Positions 26,985 to 36,939 of a DNA stretch of 64,000 nucleotides are shown piece after piece. Position numbers and translations under genes: made by a program. The DNA lies in assembly GCA_000092065.1 (NCBI GenBank), contig CP000590.1. The stretch is one strand, 5' to 3'. Positions within the stretch are counted from its first letter, which is position 1. Each line of letters opens with the position of its first letter. The stretch comes from Ostreococcus lucimarinus (lineage: Eukaryota). The notes below the pieces were generated by a model, which was not told where the DNA came from, did not search any database, and was given only the letters and a program-made list of their open reading frames with translations.

Positions 26985-27704
26985 ATGGCGCCGTCGCACG
27001 CGTACCTCGACCTCGACGTCGACGGACACCGAGAGAAACACGCGCGCGCGCGCGCCTTCGTCGCGGCGACGAACCTGCGGTACGGGTTCGACGGCGACGA
27101 CCTCGACGGATTGGGCGGCGCGCAGCGGAGTCGAATCGTCGAGCTGTACGAGGCGGATCGCGAGTGGGGCGCGCGCGGGGCGATTCGAATCGACGCGCCG
27201 ACGCGCGAGCGCGTGGTGTTTGAACTGTTCGACGCGAAGAGCGCGCGGGCGTGCGAGAATTTTCGAGCGCTGTGCGAGGGAATGGGGACGTCGAGAGCGA
27301 CGGGGCGGCGGCGGACGTACGAGGGGAGTCGAATGCATCGGTGCGTGAGGAATTTTATGATGCAGGGCGGCGATTACACGCACGGGAACGGGGCGGGGGG
27401 GGAATCGATTTGGGGGAAGAAGTTTAAGGACGACGCGGGAGGGTTGAAGCTGAAGCACGATGCGATGGGCGTGCTTTCGATGAGCAACACGGGGAAGAAT
27501 TCGAATTCGAGCCAATTTTTCGTCACGCTCGGAGCGTGTAAGCATTTGGACGGGAAACACGTGGTGTTCGGGAAATGCGTGCGCGGGATGGACGTACTGG
27601 AGAGAATTAACGATGAGTGCGCGGTAGACGCGGGCGGGACGTCGGAGGAACCGAAGGTGCCCGTCGTCGTCGCGGGGTGCGGCGTTCTCGACGCGCTCGA
27701 TTAG
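26985..27704 (+). CDS. Cyclophilin-type peptidyl-prolyl cis-trans isomerase
   Basis: ACENFRALCEG, HRCVRNFMMQGGDYTHGNGAGGESIWG, LSMSNTGKNSNSSQFFVT, HLDGKHVVFGK. ATG 26985. Confidence 0.9.
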   Translation: MAPSHAYLDLDVDGHREKHARARAFVAATNLRYGFDGDDLDGLGGAQRSRIVELYEADREWGARGAIRIDAPTRERVVFELFDAKSARACENFRALCEGMGTSRATGRRRTYEGSRMHRCVRNFMMQGGDYTHGNGAGGESIWGKKFKDDAGGLKLKHDAMGVLSMSNTGKNSNSSQFFVTLGACKHLDGKHVVFGKCVRGMDVLERINDECAVDAGGTSEEPKVPVVVAGCGVLDALD

Positions 27705-27739
27705 AGAGGAATTCTAGCACATGTACTGTACGTTACAAT

Positions 27740-30700
27740 CTAAGGCGGGGATTCTTCCGTTTCTTTGAGAAGGCCCAGTGCATCGGGCGTTAGCTCCGAG
27801 TCGATCGCGCTCGCTTTACCCCACATCTTGCCCCACAGCGGATCGTCTCTCGGGACGATTTCGCTCGCGCAGAGGACGAGGAGAACATTCTTTATGGCTT
27901 CAGGGATCGCGTCCACGAGTTCCTCCGTCTTGGCGTGCTTGCGCAGTAAAGACGTAGCGTCTAAAATGGCGAGCAGGACGCTCGCAAACGCCGCAGCGTC
28001 TTCGTTTCGCATCTTTGAGCCGTATTGGAGCAACGTCTTTGATACGCAAGAAACCGCGATGCGCGCCGTGTTTTCTGCGGCGCCACCATCTTTGGCGCGC
28101 GTCTTGCGTACGGTTTCCGTCAGCTCCTGGAGCATCGTCAGCAAAACCGCATCAAACGTGGTAAGCCACAAGTCGCCGCCGGCGTCGAGCGATTCAGCGC
28201 CGAGCAACACGCGTTGCAACGTTAAAATCGCGTCATCGCGCACCATGGCGCGCGTATCTTCAAAGCTAATGCGACCGAGTTCGCGGACTAAATCGCCCCA
28301 AGCGCCGGCTATAATTTCAGCTTTTGCCTCATCAGTCACGGATGCGCTCGTTGCCCACGCGCACATCGCCATGTTTGCGTCCGAGAGCAATTGCAACGCG
28401 GCGACGCTTCGTTCGTCACCACCTTGCTCGCTGTCGACAAACGCGCTCGCCGCTTCGAGGCACGATCTCACGTTCGCGGCGTTCACTTTCGCCGCCTCTC
28501 GCATGATTCGCGTGAGTCCTGCAAATCCTGTTTCCGCAGCCTCCGCATGTCTCGCGCTCGCCATGAGAAGCTTGCACACCGTGTCCCAACTCTGTCGCGT
28601 TTTAATCTTGTCCGCGCCGTTGCTGATCAAAGAATCGATTTCGGCAACGATGCGGCCGAAGAACGCGTCTGCGACCGCGGGTTTGAGCGTGAACAAAACG
28701 GGCAGCGCATCTAACAAATCGTCGGCGACGTCCTCGTCGGTAGGAATCAGCTTGGCACACATTCGAATCAAGTCAAAAATGACGATTTCACACGCCGGTG
28801 ACGGGCTCTCTGACGCTTGGAGAACGGCTCTGAGGTAGCTCAATAGTATGGGTAAAACGGCACGAATACGGTCGCAATTGCGCAAAGTCACCATAAACAT
28901 GGCGTCGAGACAAAAGAGCGCGGCGTCTTCGTCATCTGCGGTGGCGGCGACGAGTCCGGGGTCCCCCGCGGCCCAAATTAGTGCTCGCATCAGATGTGTC
29001 AATGACTCGAGCTCCAAGAACTTTGTGTCGGCGAAAAGTTCTTTCACGCGACACGCTGTCGCACACGCCGTGGCAAGTTCCTCTATGCTCTGCTCCGCCT
29101 CGGACGGCGGTGGTAATGGCGAGTCGCGCCCGTCGTCGCCGGAAATCATCGCCGAAAATGACCGCAGCAAAGAAGAACCTTGGTTCCGCTTCGCCGCAGC
29201 GATCTCTCGTACTCGCATCGTCTGCATTTCCGATCGATGCGTGAAGTCGGATCCGCTTACAAATATATCCTCTGGAACCAAACCAACCTTAGTCATGCGC
29301 AGCACTGTGTCCAGAATATTGCACCATCCTTGACGAAGCGTGTCCCCGTACTTGTGTGCGATGCCAAAAATCGTCCGCGTCGCCGCGCAAGCCTTGATAT
29401 CCTCACCGAACACCACGAGCGGTCGCAATCGTTCGCCTGACGGCGACATCGCGTCCTTAGCCAAACTTTCATTGGAAAACTTGCATAGCGTGGCGACGAG
29501 TTGATCGAGAACTTCAGACATGCCGTGCGCAGCCGCAATGTTTGCCACCGACAGGAAACCTCCGAGGCTTGATTGCAACACTTTATCGTCCGCCGTGTGC
29601 TCAAACACGGCCGCAATCGCGGCTGTCGTCGAGCCCCAAACGATGCCGAATAATTCGCCGTCGTACAACGCCGCTTCAGCGAGATTGGGCGTCGGCGGTA
29701 GTTTGCCTTGGCCCGCCCCGACGTCGCGCGACAATTCCGCCCATCGGCTTGGCGTCAAGCTCATCGCCCCACCGTCGTCAAGCTTGATCTCGTCCGTGAC
29801 AATGGAATCGAATATGTTAACCAATACCTCGGCGGGCCAATCATTACCGCCATTTGTTCCGCGATTGTTGCGGATGAACTGTTCGAGCGTCATCTTATTC
29901 TTCACCTGCGCATTGTGTTGATCGGTGTTCAGCATAATTATACTGTACGACAGCACGTACGCCGAGTCCGCATCCGCTACGGAGTCCGGGTTCGCTTCAT
30001 AATAACGCGCAGCAAAACATTCGAGTATGCGAGAAATTTTCTGTGCTTCTCCGGGGAGCTTGAATCCAGACAAAAAGGATCGCAGAGCTCGATCAAGCGT
30101 GACATCTCGAAAGTCAAAGAGCTTGGTGTACTCATCCAAAACCGTGATAATGAACGCCGCGGGCTCGCCGAGGTAGTCGCCGACGACTTCCTTATCTAAA
30201 GCGGGCGCGAATTTCAAGAATCTCGCCACTGCCGCGGGTTCGAGCGGATCTGCCAAAAGTTTAATCTCTTGCATGAACGCCAAACCCTTCTTGTACGAGC
30301 GATTAAAATGTTCCGCCGCGCTCAATAGACGTCGCTTGAAGTATTTAGTCCTTGCACGAGCCTCGAACCGGCTTGGACCAGTGGTATCAGAGCCATCAGA
30401 CAGCGACCATGGGTCCATGACGACGGTGTTCGCGAATTCGAACGTCGGTCGCGTAGTCGCCGCCGGAGAGCGGTTGGACACAGCTTGCACAATGGACAAC
30501 AACCCTTCCAAGCTCAACAAATGCACGGGCGCGAGCGTCGCATCTCCTGGATACGATGCTTGCGCCAAAACACTCGTCACCTCTTCAAACACATTAGGCT
30601 TTGTGAGCTCGCAATCGTAGTACATGTACAAATCCGTCGCGAAATTGTCGTTCTTGCACAAATCCACGAGCGCCTCGAGTGCGACGCGTTGCGTCTCCTC

Positions 30701-32035
30701 TTCCACACCATTACGACTCGAGCACAGCGGCAAGAGAACCATGCGAACAAACACTTCTAAGTGTAACTTGAGTTCTTCTCGGAACTCACTGTAAATGATC
30801 GTTATGAGAGACGTCGACGCCGCCAACACGTGCGGCGAACACGACGTAACCACTCCGCACAACGCGCGCGAAAGATCATCCAAAACCAAATTCAATAGCG
30901 CATGATTCGCTCTGAAGTACTCAGCGTTCGCATCGATCATGATCGTCACGAGTTTTAGCCCAAACAAACTATTCGCATCCTCCGAACCACGACCGTGCGT
31001 GTCTGGGGCAATGAGACTCGTGGCGAACCGGAAAATTTCAATCAAAGCGGGCAACCCGTACGGCCCCTTCGCCACATCCGTGTGCTCGTGCGCGGTGACA
31101 TCCATTCCAGGTCCGGTCGCATGCGGACTATCGACGCCCGCATCGCCTCTCACGACCGCCGGGGGCGTAGCCGGGATCACGATGGCTTGCCTCGGCGACG
31201 TCAGTCGCGGTCCCTTCTCCCCCGTCGTCGCCTTTGCCTTTGCCGCGATCTCCCCCGTGCGCCGACTGACGTGATACACGATTTCGCTCAGCGTCTGCTT
31301 GCTCAATTCTCTCAACAACGGCGTCTCTTTCCCGCTCTGATGTCCAATACGATAGCACGCCTGAAACACGTCGCACAAATCGTCGTCGCTCAGCGCGTAA
31401 CCGCAGTCGCATCGCACGCACGCCGCCAGCACATACATAATCTGGCTCAACACCGCATCGTCATCGTCCACACTCGTCGCTTCAAACCTACACAGCGTCA
31501 CCGCGTCCGCGATGGCGTGCATGATCACCCCTGGGCCACCCGGCGCGTCCCTCGTCGCGACTTCGCTCTTCAAAATCTTCAAGATCGCGCTCAGCGCCTG
31601 CGCCGTGATCATCCCTCCCGTCTCCACGCTCCGTATCACGTCCAGAAACGGTTCGAGATATCGCAACGGAGTCATCGCATCGTCCTCTTCCGCGTCTCTC
31701 TCTTCGCTTTGCTCGCTCGCGTCGCTCGCGCTCGCTCGATCGCGTCCCCGCGCGCGCGTCCCCGCGTCCGCATCTTGCGTCCGTTCCGGCGGTCGCGCCG
31801 TCCGCAGCGCGACGAAGGCGTCCAACAGGGCGTCTTCGACGCCGTCTTCGTCGTACGCGTCGCTCGCGCCGTACAATCCGTACGCGTTGAGCGCGCTCGA
31901 GGCGCTCGAGCGACCGCTCCAGCGTTGATGCGCGCGCATCGAGGCGACGACGGCGCGCGCTTCGTGCTTGACGATCGTCGCGAAGCGCGCGGGATCGAAC
32001 GAGCGATTCGGCGGTGCGTCGACATCGCGCGTCAT
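27740..32035 (-). CDS. Large ARF guanine-nucleotide exchange factor, GBF1/GNOM type (Sec7 domain)
   Basis: A 1431-codon ORF with ATG 32035. HUS-box-like LYMYYDCEL, and a Sec7 core FKLPGEAQKISRILECFAARYYEANP...YSIIMLNTDQHNAQVKNKMT. Confidence 0.9.
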   Translation of the reverse strand: MTRDVDAPPNRSFDPARFATIVKHEARAVVASMRAHQRWSGRSSASSALNAYGLYGASDAYDEDGVEDALLDAFVALRTARPPERTQDADAGTRARGRDRASASDASEQSEERDAEEDDAMTPLRYLEPFLDVIRSVETGGMITAQALSAILKILKSEVATRDAPGGPGVIMHAIADAVTLCRFEATSVDDDDAVLSQIMYVLAACVRCDCGYALSDDDLCDVFQACYRIGHQSGKETPLLRELSKQTLSEIVYHVSRRTGEIAAKAKATTGEKGPRLTSPRQAIVIPATPPAVVRGDAGVDSPHATGPGMDVTAHEHTDVAKGPYGLPALIEIFRFATSLIAPDTHGRGSEDANSLFGLKLVTIMIDANAEYFRANHALLNLVLDDLSRALCGVVTSCSPHVLAASTSLITIIYSEFREELKLHLEVFVRMVLLPLCSSRNGVEEETQRVALEALVDLCKNDNFATDLYMYYDCELTKPNVFEEVTSVLAQASYPGDATLAPVHLLSLEGLLSIVQAVSNRSPAATTRPTFEFANTVVMDPWSLSDGSDTTGPSRFEARARTKYFKRRLLSAAEHFNRSYKKGLAFMQEIKLLADPLEPAAVARFLKFAPALDKEVVGDYLGEPAAFIITVLDEYTKLFDFRDVTLDRALRSFLSGFKLPGEAQKISRILECFAARYYEANPDSVADADSAYVLSYSIIMLNTDQHNAQVKNKMTLEQFIRNNRGTNGGNDWPAEVLVNIFDSIVTDEIKLDDGGAMSLTPSRWAELSRDVGAGQGKLPPTPNLAEAALYDGELFGIVWGSTTAAIAAVFEHTADDKVLQSSLGGFLSVANIAAAHGMSEVLDQLVATLCKFSNESLAKDAMSPSGERLRPLVVFGEDIKACAATRTIFGIAHKYGDTLRQGWCNILDTVLRMTKVGLVPEDIFVSGSDFTHRSEMQTMRVREIAAAKRNQGSSLLRSFSAMISGDDGRDSPLPPPSEAEQSIEELATACATACRVKELFADTKFLELESLTHLMRALIWAAGDPGLVAATADDEDAALFCLDAMFMVTLRNCDRIRAVLPILLSYLRAVLQASESPSPACEIVIFDLIRMCAKLIPTDEDVADDLLDALPVLFTLKPAVADAFFGRIVAEIDSLISNGADKIKTRQSWDTVCKLLMASARHAEAAETGFAGLTRIMREAAKVNAANVRSCLEAASAFVDSEQGGDERSVAALQLLSDANMAMCAWATSASVTDEAKAEIIAGAWGDLVRELGRISFEDTRAMVRDDAILTLQRVLLGAESLDAGGDLWLTTFDAVLLTMLQELTETVRKTRAKDGGAAENTARIAVSCVSKTLLQYGSKMRNEDAAAFASVLLAILDATSLLRKHAKTEELVDAIPEAIKNVLLVLCASEIVPRDDPLWGKMWGKASAIDSELTPDALGLLKETEESPP

Positions 32036-32248
32036 GTCGGGCGCGCGCGCGCGAGGGCGCGGCGAGTCGGCGTGTGAGGATCGATGGACGCGTCGCGGCA
32101 GTCTTGAACATCCAGCGCGCGGCGAGCGGCGACCGCGGCGCGGCGGCTCGATCGGAAACGATGCGCGCGAGCGCGCGGGTCGACGATCGGTTCGTGTGAC
32201 GCATGATTAATAACGTCTGTGTTCTAGCTATGTGTGCGATGTGCGCGG

Positions 32249-35200
32249 TCAAGGGTCGATTTCGCCGCGCTCGATGGCGGCTTGTCGCGCGGCGGCGCGC
32301 CGCTCGACGTCTTTTCGCGCGAGCTCGTCGGCTTGCGCGCGGAGGTTGGCGTATTCGGGCGGAATGCCGCCGGATTGCTCGAGCCACTTGCGCGCGGCGT
32401 CGTCGGGAAGTACGATGGCGACGTCCAAGCGCTCTTCATCGGACATTTGGGTGAGGTAGTGCTCGGCCCAATCCGGAAGCGGGACGCCTTCCTCCGCAGA
32501 GGCCATGCTGTGGATTTGGTCCTTGACGAGCCCCCAGAATTTTCCCTTGGAAGGGTCGTCCGACCAAATTGCGCTCATCAAATCGTCCCAATACACTTCT
32601 TGCTGTTCACCCCACGCGATGTCCCAAACCCCCATGCCACGATCGCGTGTGATACCAGCCTTTTCGAAGGCTTGCGCAAGCTGGCGACCGCCGATTTCTC
32701 GCGCCGTCGCGAGCGACTCCTTGAGCGAAAAGAGCATCTCTCTATTTTTCGGCTCGTGAAGAATCGCCACCGTACGCTGGGCCGCCTTAATCAACGTCTT
32801 TCTCACCTCATTGTACACTAATAAATCCAATTCAGGCGATAACTGCCTCATCACCTCGATGTGCTCAGTCTTGCCGACGCGCAGGTAACCTTCTTCGCGC
32901 GTAGGTTCGGCGGCGAGGGCGATGGGACCTAAATCACTCCACCCGTTCTGCATCACCATTTCGCACGCCAAATTCGTCGCAGCGGCGACATCGTGCATGC
33001 CGCGGGTCGTTACGTTCTCGGGACCGTACAAATAACGCTCCGCCATCTGGCCTGCGAGGAGTACGCACAGCTTGGCTTCGTAATACTCCATGGAGCGCAC
33101 CGTGCGAGCCGCGGGAGAGTCGACTTCATCCGGCACGTAGACGATTTGACCCGTGGCTACACCACCGTTAAACACCGTCACCTTGCTAATCTCGTCGTAC
33201 GAAGGCATGTGCATCGCGACCACGGCCTGCGCGGCGTAATAATTCACCACCGAGTCTCGTTCGTACGCGTCGAGTTGCGCGATGAGGGTATCTTCGAGCA
33301 TTCTATCGCGAGCCAAACTTCCGCTGCCACTTCCGTTGCGAACGAACGCTTGCGATCGTCGAATATCGTCGATGCAAAACAAGAAGTCACCCGTAGACGC
33401 GAGCGCCTTCTCGCCTTGCGCACAGCGCATGACGGCCGACTTGGTGAGGTTCTCGATGTCGGCGCCGCTGAAACCGGCAGTTTGTCTGGCGAGGTACTCG
33501 TAGTCCAAGTTGGGATCGACACTCGACGCGAACGATGGCTTGTTGCAGTGCAAGAACAAGATTTCTTGACGCGACTTCTTGTTCGGCAGACCCATCTCGA
33601 TGATGCGATCAAAACGACCGGCACGAATGAGCGCAGGATCGAGTACTTGCGGACGGTTCGTCGCCGCCAACACCATGATGCCCGTGGCGGTCGAGAAACC
33701 GTCCATCTCCGTCAGCATTTGATTGATCGTCGCCGTCGCTTCGTCGTTACCGTAAACCTGACCGGATTGTGTCTCAGTACGCTTCGTGCCGACGGCATCG
33801 AATTCATCGATGAAGATGATGCACGGCGCAACCTTCTTGGCTTGATCAAACAAGTTGCGAATACGCGCGGCTCCGACGCCGACGAACATCTCCATAAACT
33901 CCGTACCAGCGCATGAGAAGAAGGGCACATTTGCCTCGCCCGCGACACAACGAGCGAGCAACGTCTTACCCGTACCGGGCGGACCGCACAAAAGCACGCC
34001 TGCGGGAATGCGCGCGCCCATGGAGTTGTACTTTTCGAAATCCTTCAAGTAGGAAATGAGTTCAAACATTTCCGCCTTGACGTTGTCGATGCCGGTGATG
34101 TCCTTCAACGTCATCCCTTGGCGAACGTTCGAGTCGTAGTTACGCGTAGTCATGTTACCGAACATGTCTTCCGAGCTATCCTTGTACGTGCCTTCGTAAA
34201 TAAGCCACGCATAGAACACCATCACCATCGGCGTCAACGCGTTGAACAGGAACGCCGTAATCTCGAGCCAGCGAGGATACTTCTCCATCTCAATCTGAAT
34301 GACCCCTCCATTACCCGGTCTTTCGGTGACGAGCTTTTTGAACAACACCGGATCGTACGGAAGGTTGCAACCGAACACCTCCTCCGTGTCGTCGATGTAA
34401 TATCTAATGCTCGTCTCGTTGGCGCGGTACACCACGCGGTTGACGCGCCCGACGTCGAGTAATCTGTGGAACGACGTGTAAGACGTCTCCGTGGGGAATC
34501 TATCGGTGCCCATGGTTGAGTACGGATCGCGCAAGTACGCCAAGTTCACGTTGCGCACGAATCGTTCGCCGCGGTTGGAGAAAATCTTCTTGACGGGATT
34601 CTTCTTCTCCTGTTCGTACTTTTCGTACCGCTGGATGTCCTTCAAAACCTTTTCCTCCGCCGCGCTCAATTGCCTATTCCTACTCTCGGTGTGCTCACCA
34701 GTTTTCAACCCAACGAGTTCTTTCACCCTGTCCGCCATCACCTTCACCTTATCCACCTGTCCTCCCTGTTTGGGGGCCCTACGTTGGTGTTCTAAATTCA
34801 TTTTTTTCTTCTTCACCGTCCCGCGACGTCGTCGTCGTCTCTGCTTCGTCGGCGCCTCGACGACGCGCGGCTTATCCTCCGCGATCGCGTCGAGCTCTTC
34901 CAACAACTTCGCCGTCTCGTCCTCTTCATCCTTGGGATCGGAATCCACCGGCGCGATGTCGATCCCCACCCCCGCCACCTCGCCCACGCACGGCTCGCGC
35001 CGCGCGCTCGCCGTCGCCGCGCTCCTCGCCCCCTCCCGCCTCGCCTCGCGCGCCCCAGTCTCCAGCGCGCCCGCCGCTTTCGGCGCGCTCAACATCACCA
35101 ACGCCGCGATCGCGCCCATCTTCGTCGCCCGCTTCGCGCGCGCCCAGCCGTCGTCCGCGTTCGCGTCCCTCGCCGCGCGTCCCGCGCCGTCGTCGCCGCC

Positions 35201-35332
35201 GACGCCGCATCGCACCCCTCGTCCCCACCGCGCGCCCGCCTTCGCCCGCGCGACGCGCGCGCGTCGTCGTCCGAGTCCATCCGCGATCGCGCCGCGCGTC
35301 GGCGCGATCGTCGCGCCTCGCGCGATCGACAT
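32249..35332 (-). CDS. FtsH-like AAA+ protein with intact ATPase motifs but no zinc-protease HEXXH motif (FtsHi-type)
   Basis: Walker A GPPGTGKT, Walker B IIFIDEFD, and second region of homology [19 protein letters not shown]. At the position of FtsH A-Y-H-E-A-G-H-A the sequence reads [15 protein letters not shown]. Start taken at ATG 35332 (the ORF is open to 35605); the start is uncertain. Confidence 0.85.
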   Translation of the reverse strand: MSIARGATIAPTRGAIADGLGRRRARVARAKAGARWGRGVRCGVGGDDGAGRAARDANADDGWARAKRATKMGAIAALVMLSAPKAAGALETGAREARREGARSAATASARREPCVGEVAGVGIDIAPVDSDPKDEEDETAKLLEELDAIAEDKPRVVEAPTKQRRRRRRGTVKKKKMNLEHQRRAPKQGGQVDKVKVMADRVKELVGLKTGEHTESRNRQLSAAEEKVLKDIQRYEKYEQEKKNPVKKIFSNRGERFVRNVNLAYLRDPYSTMGTDRFPTETSYTSFHRLLDVGRVNRVVYRANETSIRYYIDDTEEVFGCNLPYDPVLFKKLVTERPGNGGVIQIEMEKYPRWLEITAFLFNALTPMVMVFYAWLIYEGTYKDSSEDMFGNMTTRNYDSNVRQGMTLKDITGIDNVKAEMFELISYLKDFEKYNSMGARIPAGVLLCGPPGTGKTLLARCVAGEANVPFFSCAGTEFMEMFVGVGAARIRNLFDQAKKVAPCIIFIDEFDAVGTKRTETQSGQVYGNDEATATINQMLTEMDGFSTATGIMVLAATNRPQVLDPALIRAGRFDRIIEMGLPNKKSRQEILFLHCNKPSFASSVDPNLDYEYLARQTAGFSGADIENLTKSAVMRCAQGEKALASTGDFLFCIDDIRRSQAFVRNGSGSGSLARDRMLEDTLIAQLDAYERDSVVNYYAAQAVVAMHMPSYDEISKVTVFNGGVATGQIVYVPDEVDSPAARTVRSMEYYEAKLCVLLAGQMAERYLYGPENVTTRGMHDVAAATNLACEMVMQNGWSDLGPIALAAEPTREEGYLRVGKTEHIEVMRQLSPELDLLVYNEVRKTLIKAAQRTVAILHEPKNREMLFSLKESLATAREIGGRQLAQAFEKAGITRDRGMGVWDIAWGEQQEVYWDDLMSAIWSDDPSKGKFWGLVKDQIHSMASAEEGVPLPDWAEHYLTQMSDEERLDVAIVLPDDAARKWLEQSGGIPPEYANLRAQADELARKDVERRAAARQAAIERGEIDP

Positions 35333-35676
35333 CGCGCGTCCGCGCGCGATCGGTCGAGTAAACCTAAGCCGCGATCGTCGAGCCGCGAATCGCGCGCGCG
35401 CGCGTCTCGAGGCGCGTCGAACCCGCGCGCGCGCGTCTCCCGACGCGTTCGCGACCTCGGCGCGCGCTTCGAGCGACCGCGCGTCGCGTCGCGCGCGTCG
35501 TCGTGTGCGCGCCGCCGCGCGCGGCGCGAGGGTTCGACGCGCGCTCGAATGATCGCGTTTCGTACGTCGTTTTCGACATACACTAGAGCATTTTAGCGCC
35601 ATCATTCAAAACGCTCGCGACGCGCGCCGACGCGCGCGCGACGGCGCGACGCGCGGCGACACCGCGACGCGCGACG

Positions 35677-36849
35677 ATGTCGAGCGTCGCGCCGACGCGC
35701 GCGCGATGGTCGTCGCGGCGGTTCGCGGGCGACGCGGGACGCGCGCGCGACGCGCGCGCGACGCGACGGCGCGCGCGAGATTTGAACGCGGCGCCGGCGA
35801 CGCGCGCGGGCGACGGCGACGGCGACGGCGCGGCGCTGGATTTCAACGCGTGCGCGCGCGAGCACGCGCGAGCGTTTCGCGCGACGCCGATGAGCGCGCG
35901 ACTGACGCGAGAGTTCGGGATGGGGGACTCGGGGACGGACGTGTCGCTCGCGCAGCGGTTGCTCGGGCGGGACGCGAGACGCGCGCACGGCGTGTGCGAC
36001 CGAGAGACGACGGAGGCGCTGCGCGCGTGGCAGATTTCGCGCGGATTAAAGCCGAGCGGGTTCTTCGGGGCGAGCTCGCGGGCGCAGATGGCGATGGAGG
36101 AGGAGCGGTGGCGCGAACTGGGGGGGGGGGCGCTGCTGGAGCGACTTTGGGAGGAGGAGGCGCGCGCGCGGGACGCGAGCGAACGCGCGAACGAACGCGC
36201 GGGAGGGAGCGGACGGACGCGCGGCGTGGTGGCGACGTCGACGACGCCGCGCGAAGCGCCGCGCGTCTCGCGCGTCGCGCGCGGCGCGTTGGTGTTGGTG
36301 GTCGCGTCGGCGGCTTTGGGCGCGGCGGCGCGTCTGAGAAATCGCGAGCGCTTCGCGGCGTTCGTCGATTCGGCGACGGCGTGGACGCGCGAATCGCGCG
36401 CGAAGGTCGCGCTCGACGTCGCGCGCGAGTTTATCGGCGCGTGCGGCGCGCGCGCGCGCGCGCGCTGGACCGAGATCGCCGCAGATTTCGCCGAGCGGCG
36501 CCGAGCGCTCGTCCGCGCCGCCGCGACGGCGATTTCTCGCGTTCGATCCGCGGCGGAACGCGTCGCGACGAACGACGCGCTCGACGCCGGCGCACCGCTC
36601 GCGGAGGGACACTTCGATGAAAACGGTCGCTGGTGGGAGTCCCCACTGCCCGCGTCCACGCCCAAAGCCGCCGACGCGAGGCCGCGTCCCGCCGAGCCGT
36701 CTCCGCGAGGCGGAGCGTCGACGGCTCGCGAGCGCGCCGAGCAAATGCGCGAGCGCTGGGTCAACATCCGTCGCCAACAGGTCGACGTCGGCGCGGACGA
36801 GCGTCGAGCGATTGAGCGCGTCTCTAAATTTCTCCGCGACGCCGAATGA
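35677..36849 (+). CDS. Hypothetical membrane protein with a peptidoglycan-binding-like (PGBD/PG_binding_1) motif
   Basis: MGDSGTDVSLAQRLLGRDARRAHGVCDRETTEALRAWQISRGLKPSGFFGASSRAQM fits the G-x-x-G-x-D-V-x-x-L-Q...T-x-x-A-L-x-x-F/W-Q...G-L-x-x-x-G pattern. One TM segment (GALVLVVASAALGAAA) and strong G/C third-position bias. It competes with long low-complexity ORFs on both strands. Confidence 0.45.
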   Translation: MSSVAPTRARWSSRRFAGDAGRARDARATRRRARDLNAAPATRAGDGDGDGAALDFNACAREHARAFRATPMSARLTREFGMGDSGTDVSLAQRLLGRDARRAHGVCDRETTEALRAWQISRGLKPSGFFGASSRAQMAMEEERWRELGGGALLERLWEEEARARDASERANERAGGSGRTRGVVATSTTPREAPRVSRVARGALVLVVASAALGAAARLRNRERFAAFVDSATAWTRESRAKVALDVAREFIGACGARARARWTEIAADFAERRRALVRAAATAISRVRSAAERVATNDALDAGAPLAEGHFDENGRWWESPLPASTPKAADARPRPAEPSPRGGASTARERAEQMRERWVNIRRQQVDVGADERRAIERVSKFLRDAE

Positions 36850-36939
36850 GCGCGCGCGCGCGATTTCAATGTACACGCATTCGTCGCCCTCGATTCGCTC
36901 CGTCGCCGCGCCTCCGCCGCGCCCGCACTCGACGACGCC

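Noticed and set aside
35850-35953. Possible intron inside the PGBD-like ORF (GTGCGCG donor, ACTGAC at about 35899, CGCAG)
   Set aside because: Removing it would delete the start of the peptidoglycan-binding-like motif, the only recognisable feature of the protein. ACTGAC here can be read simply as codons for Arg-Leu-Thr.
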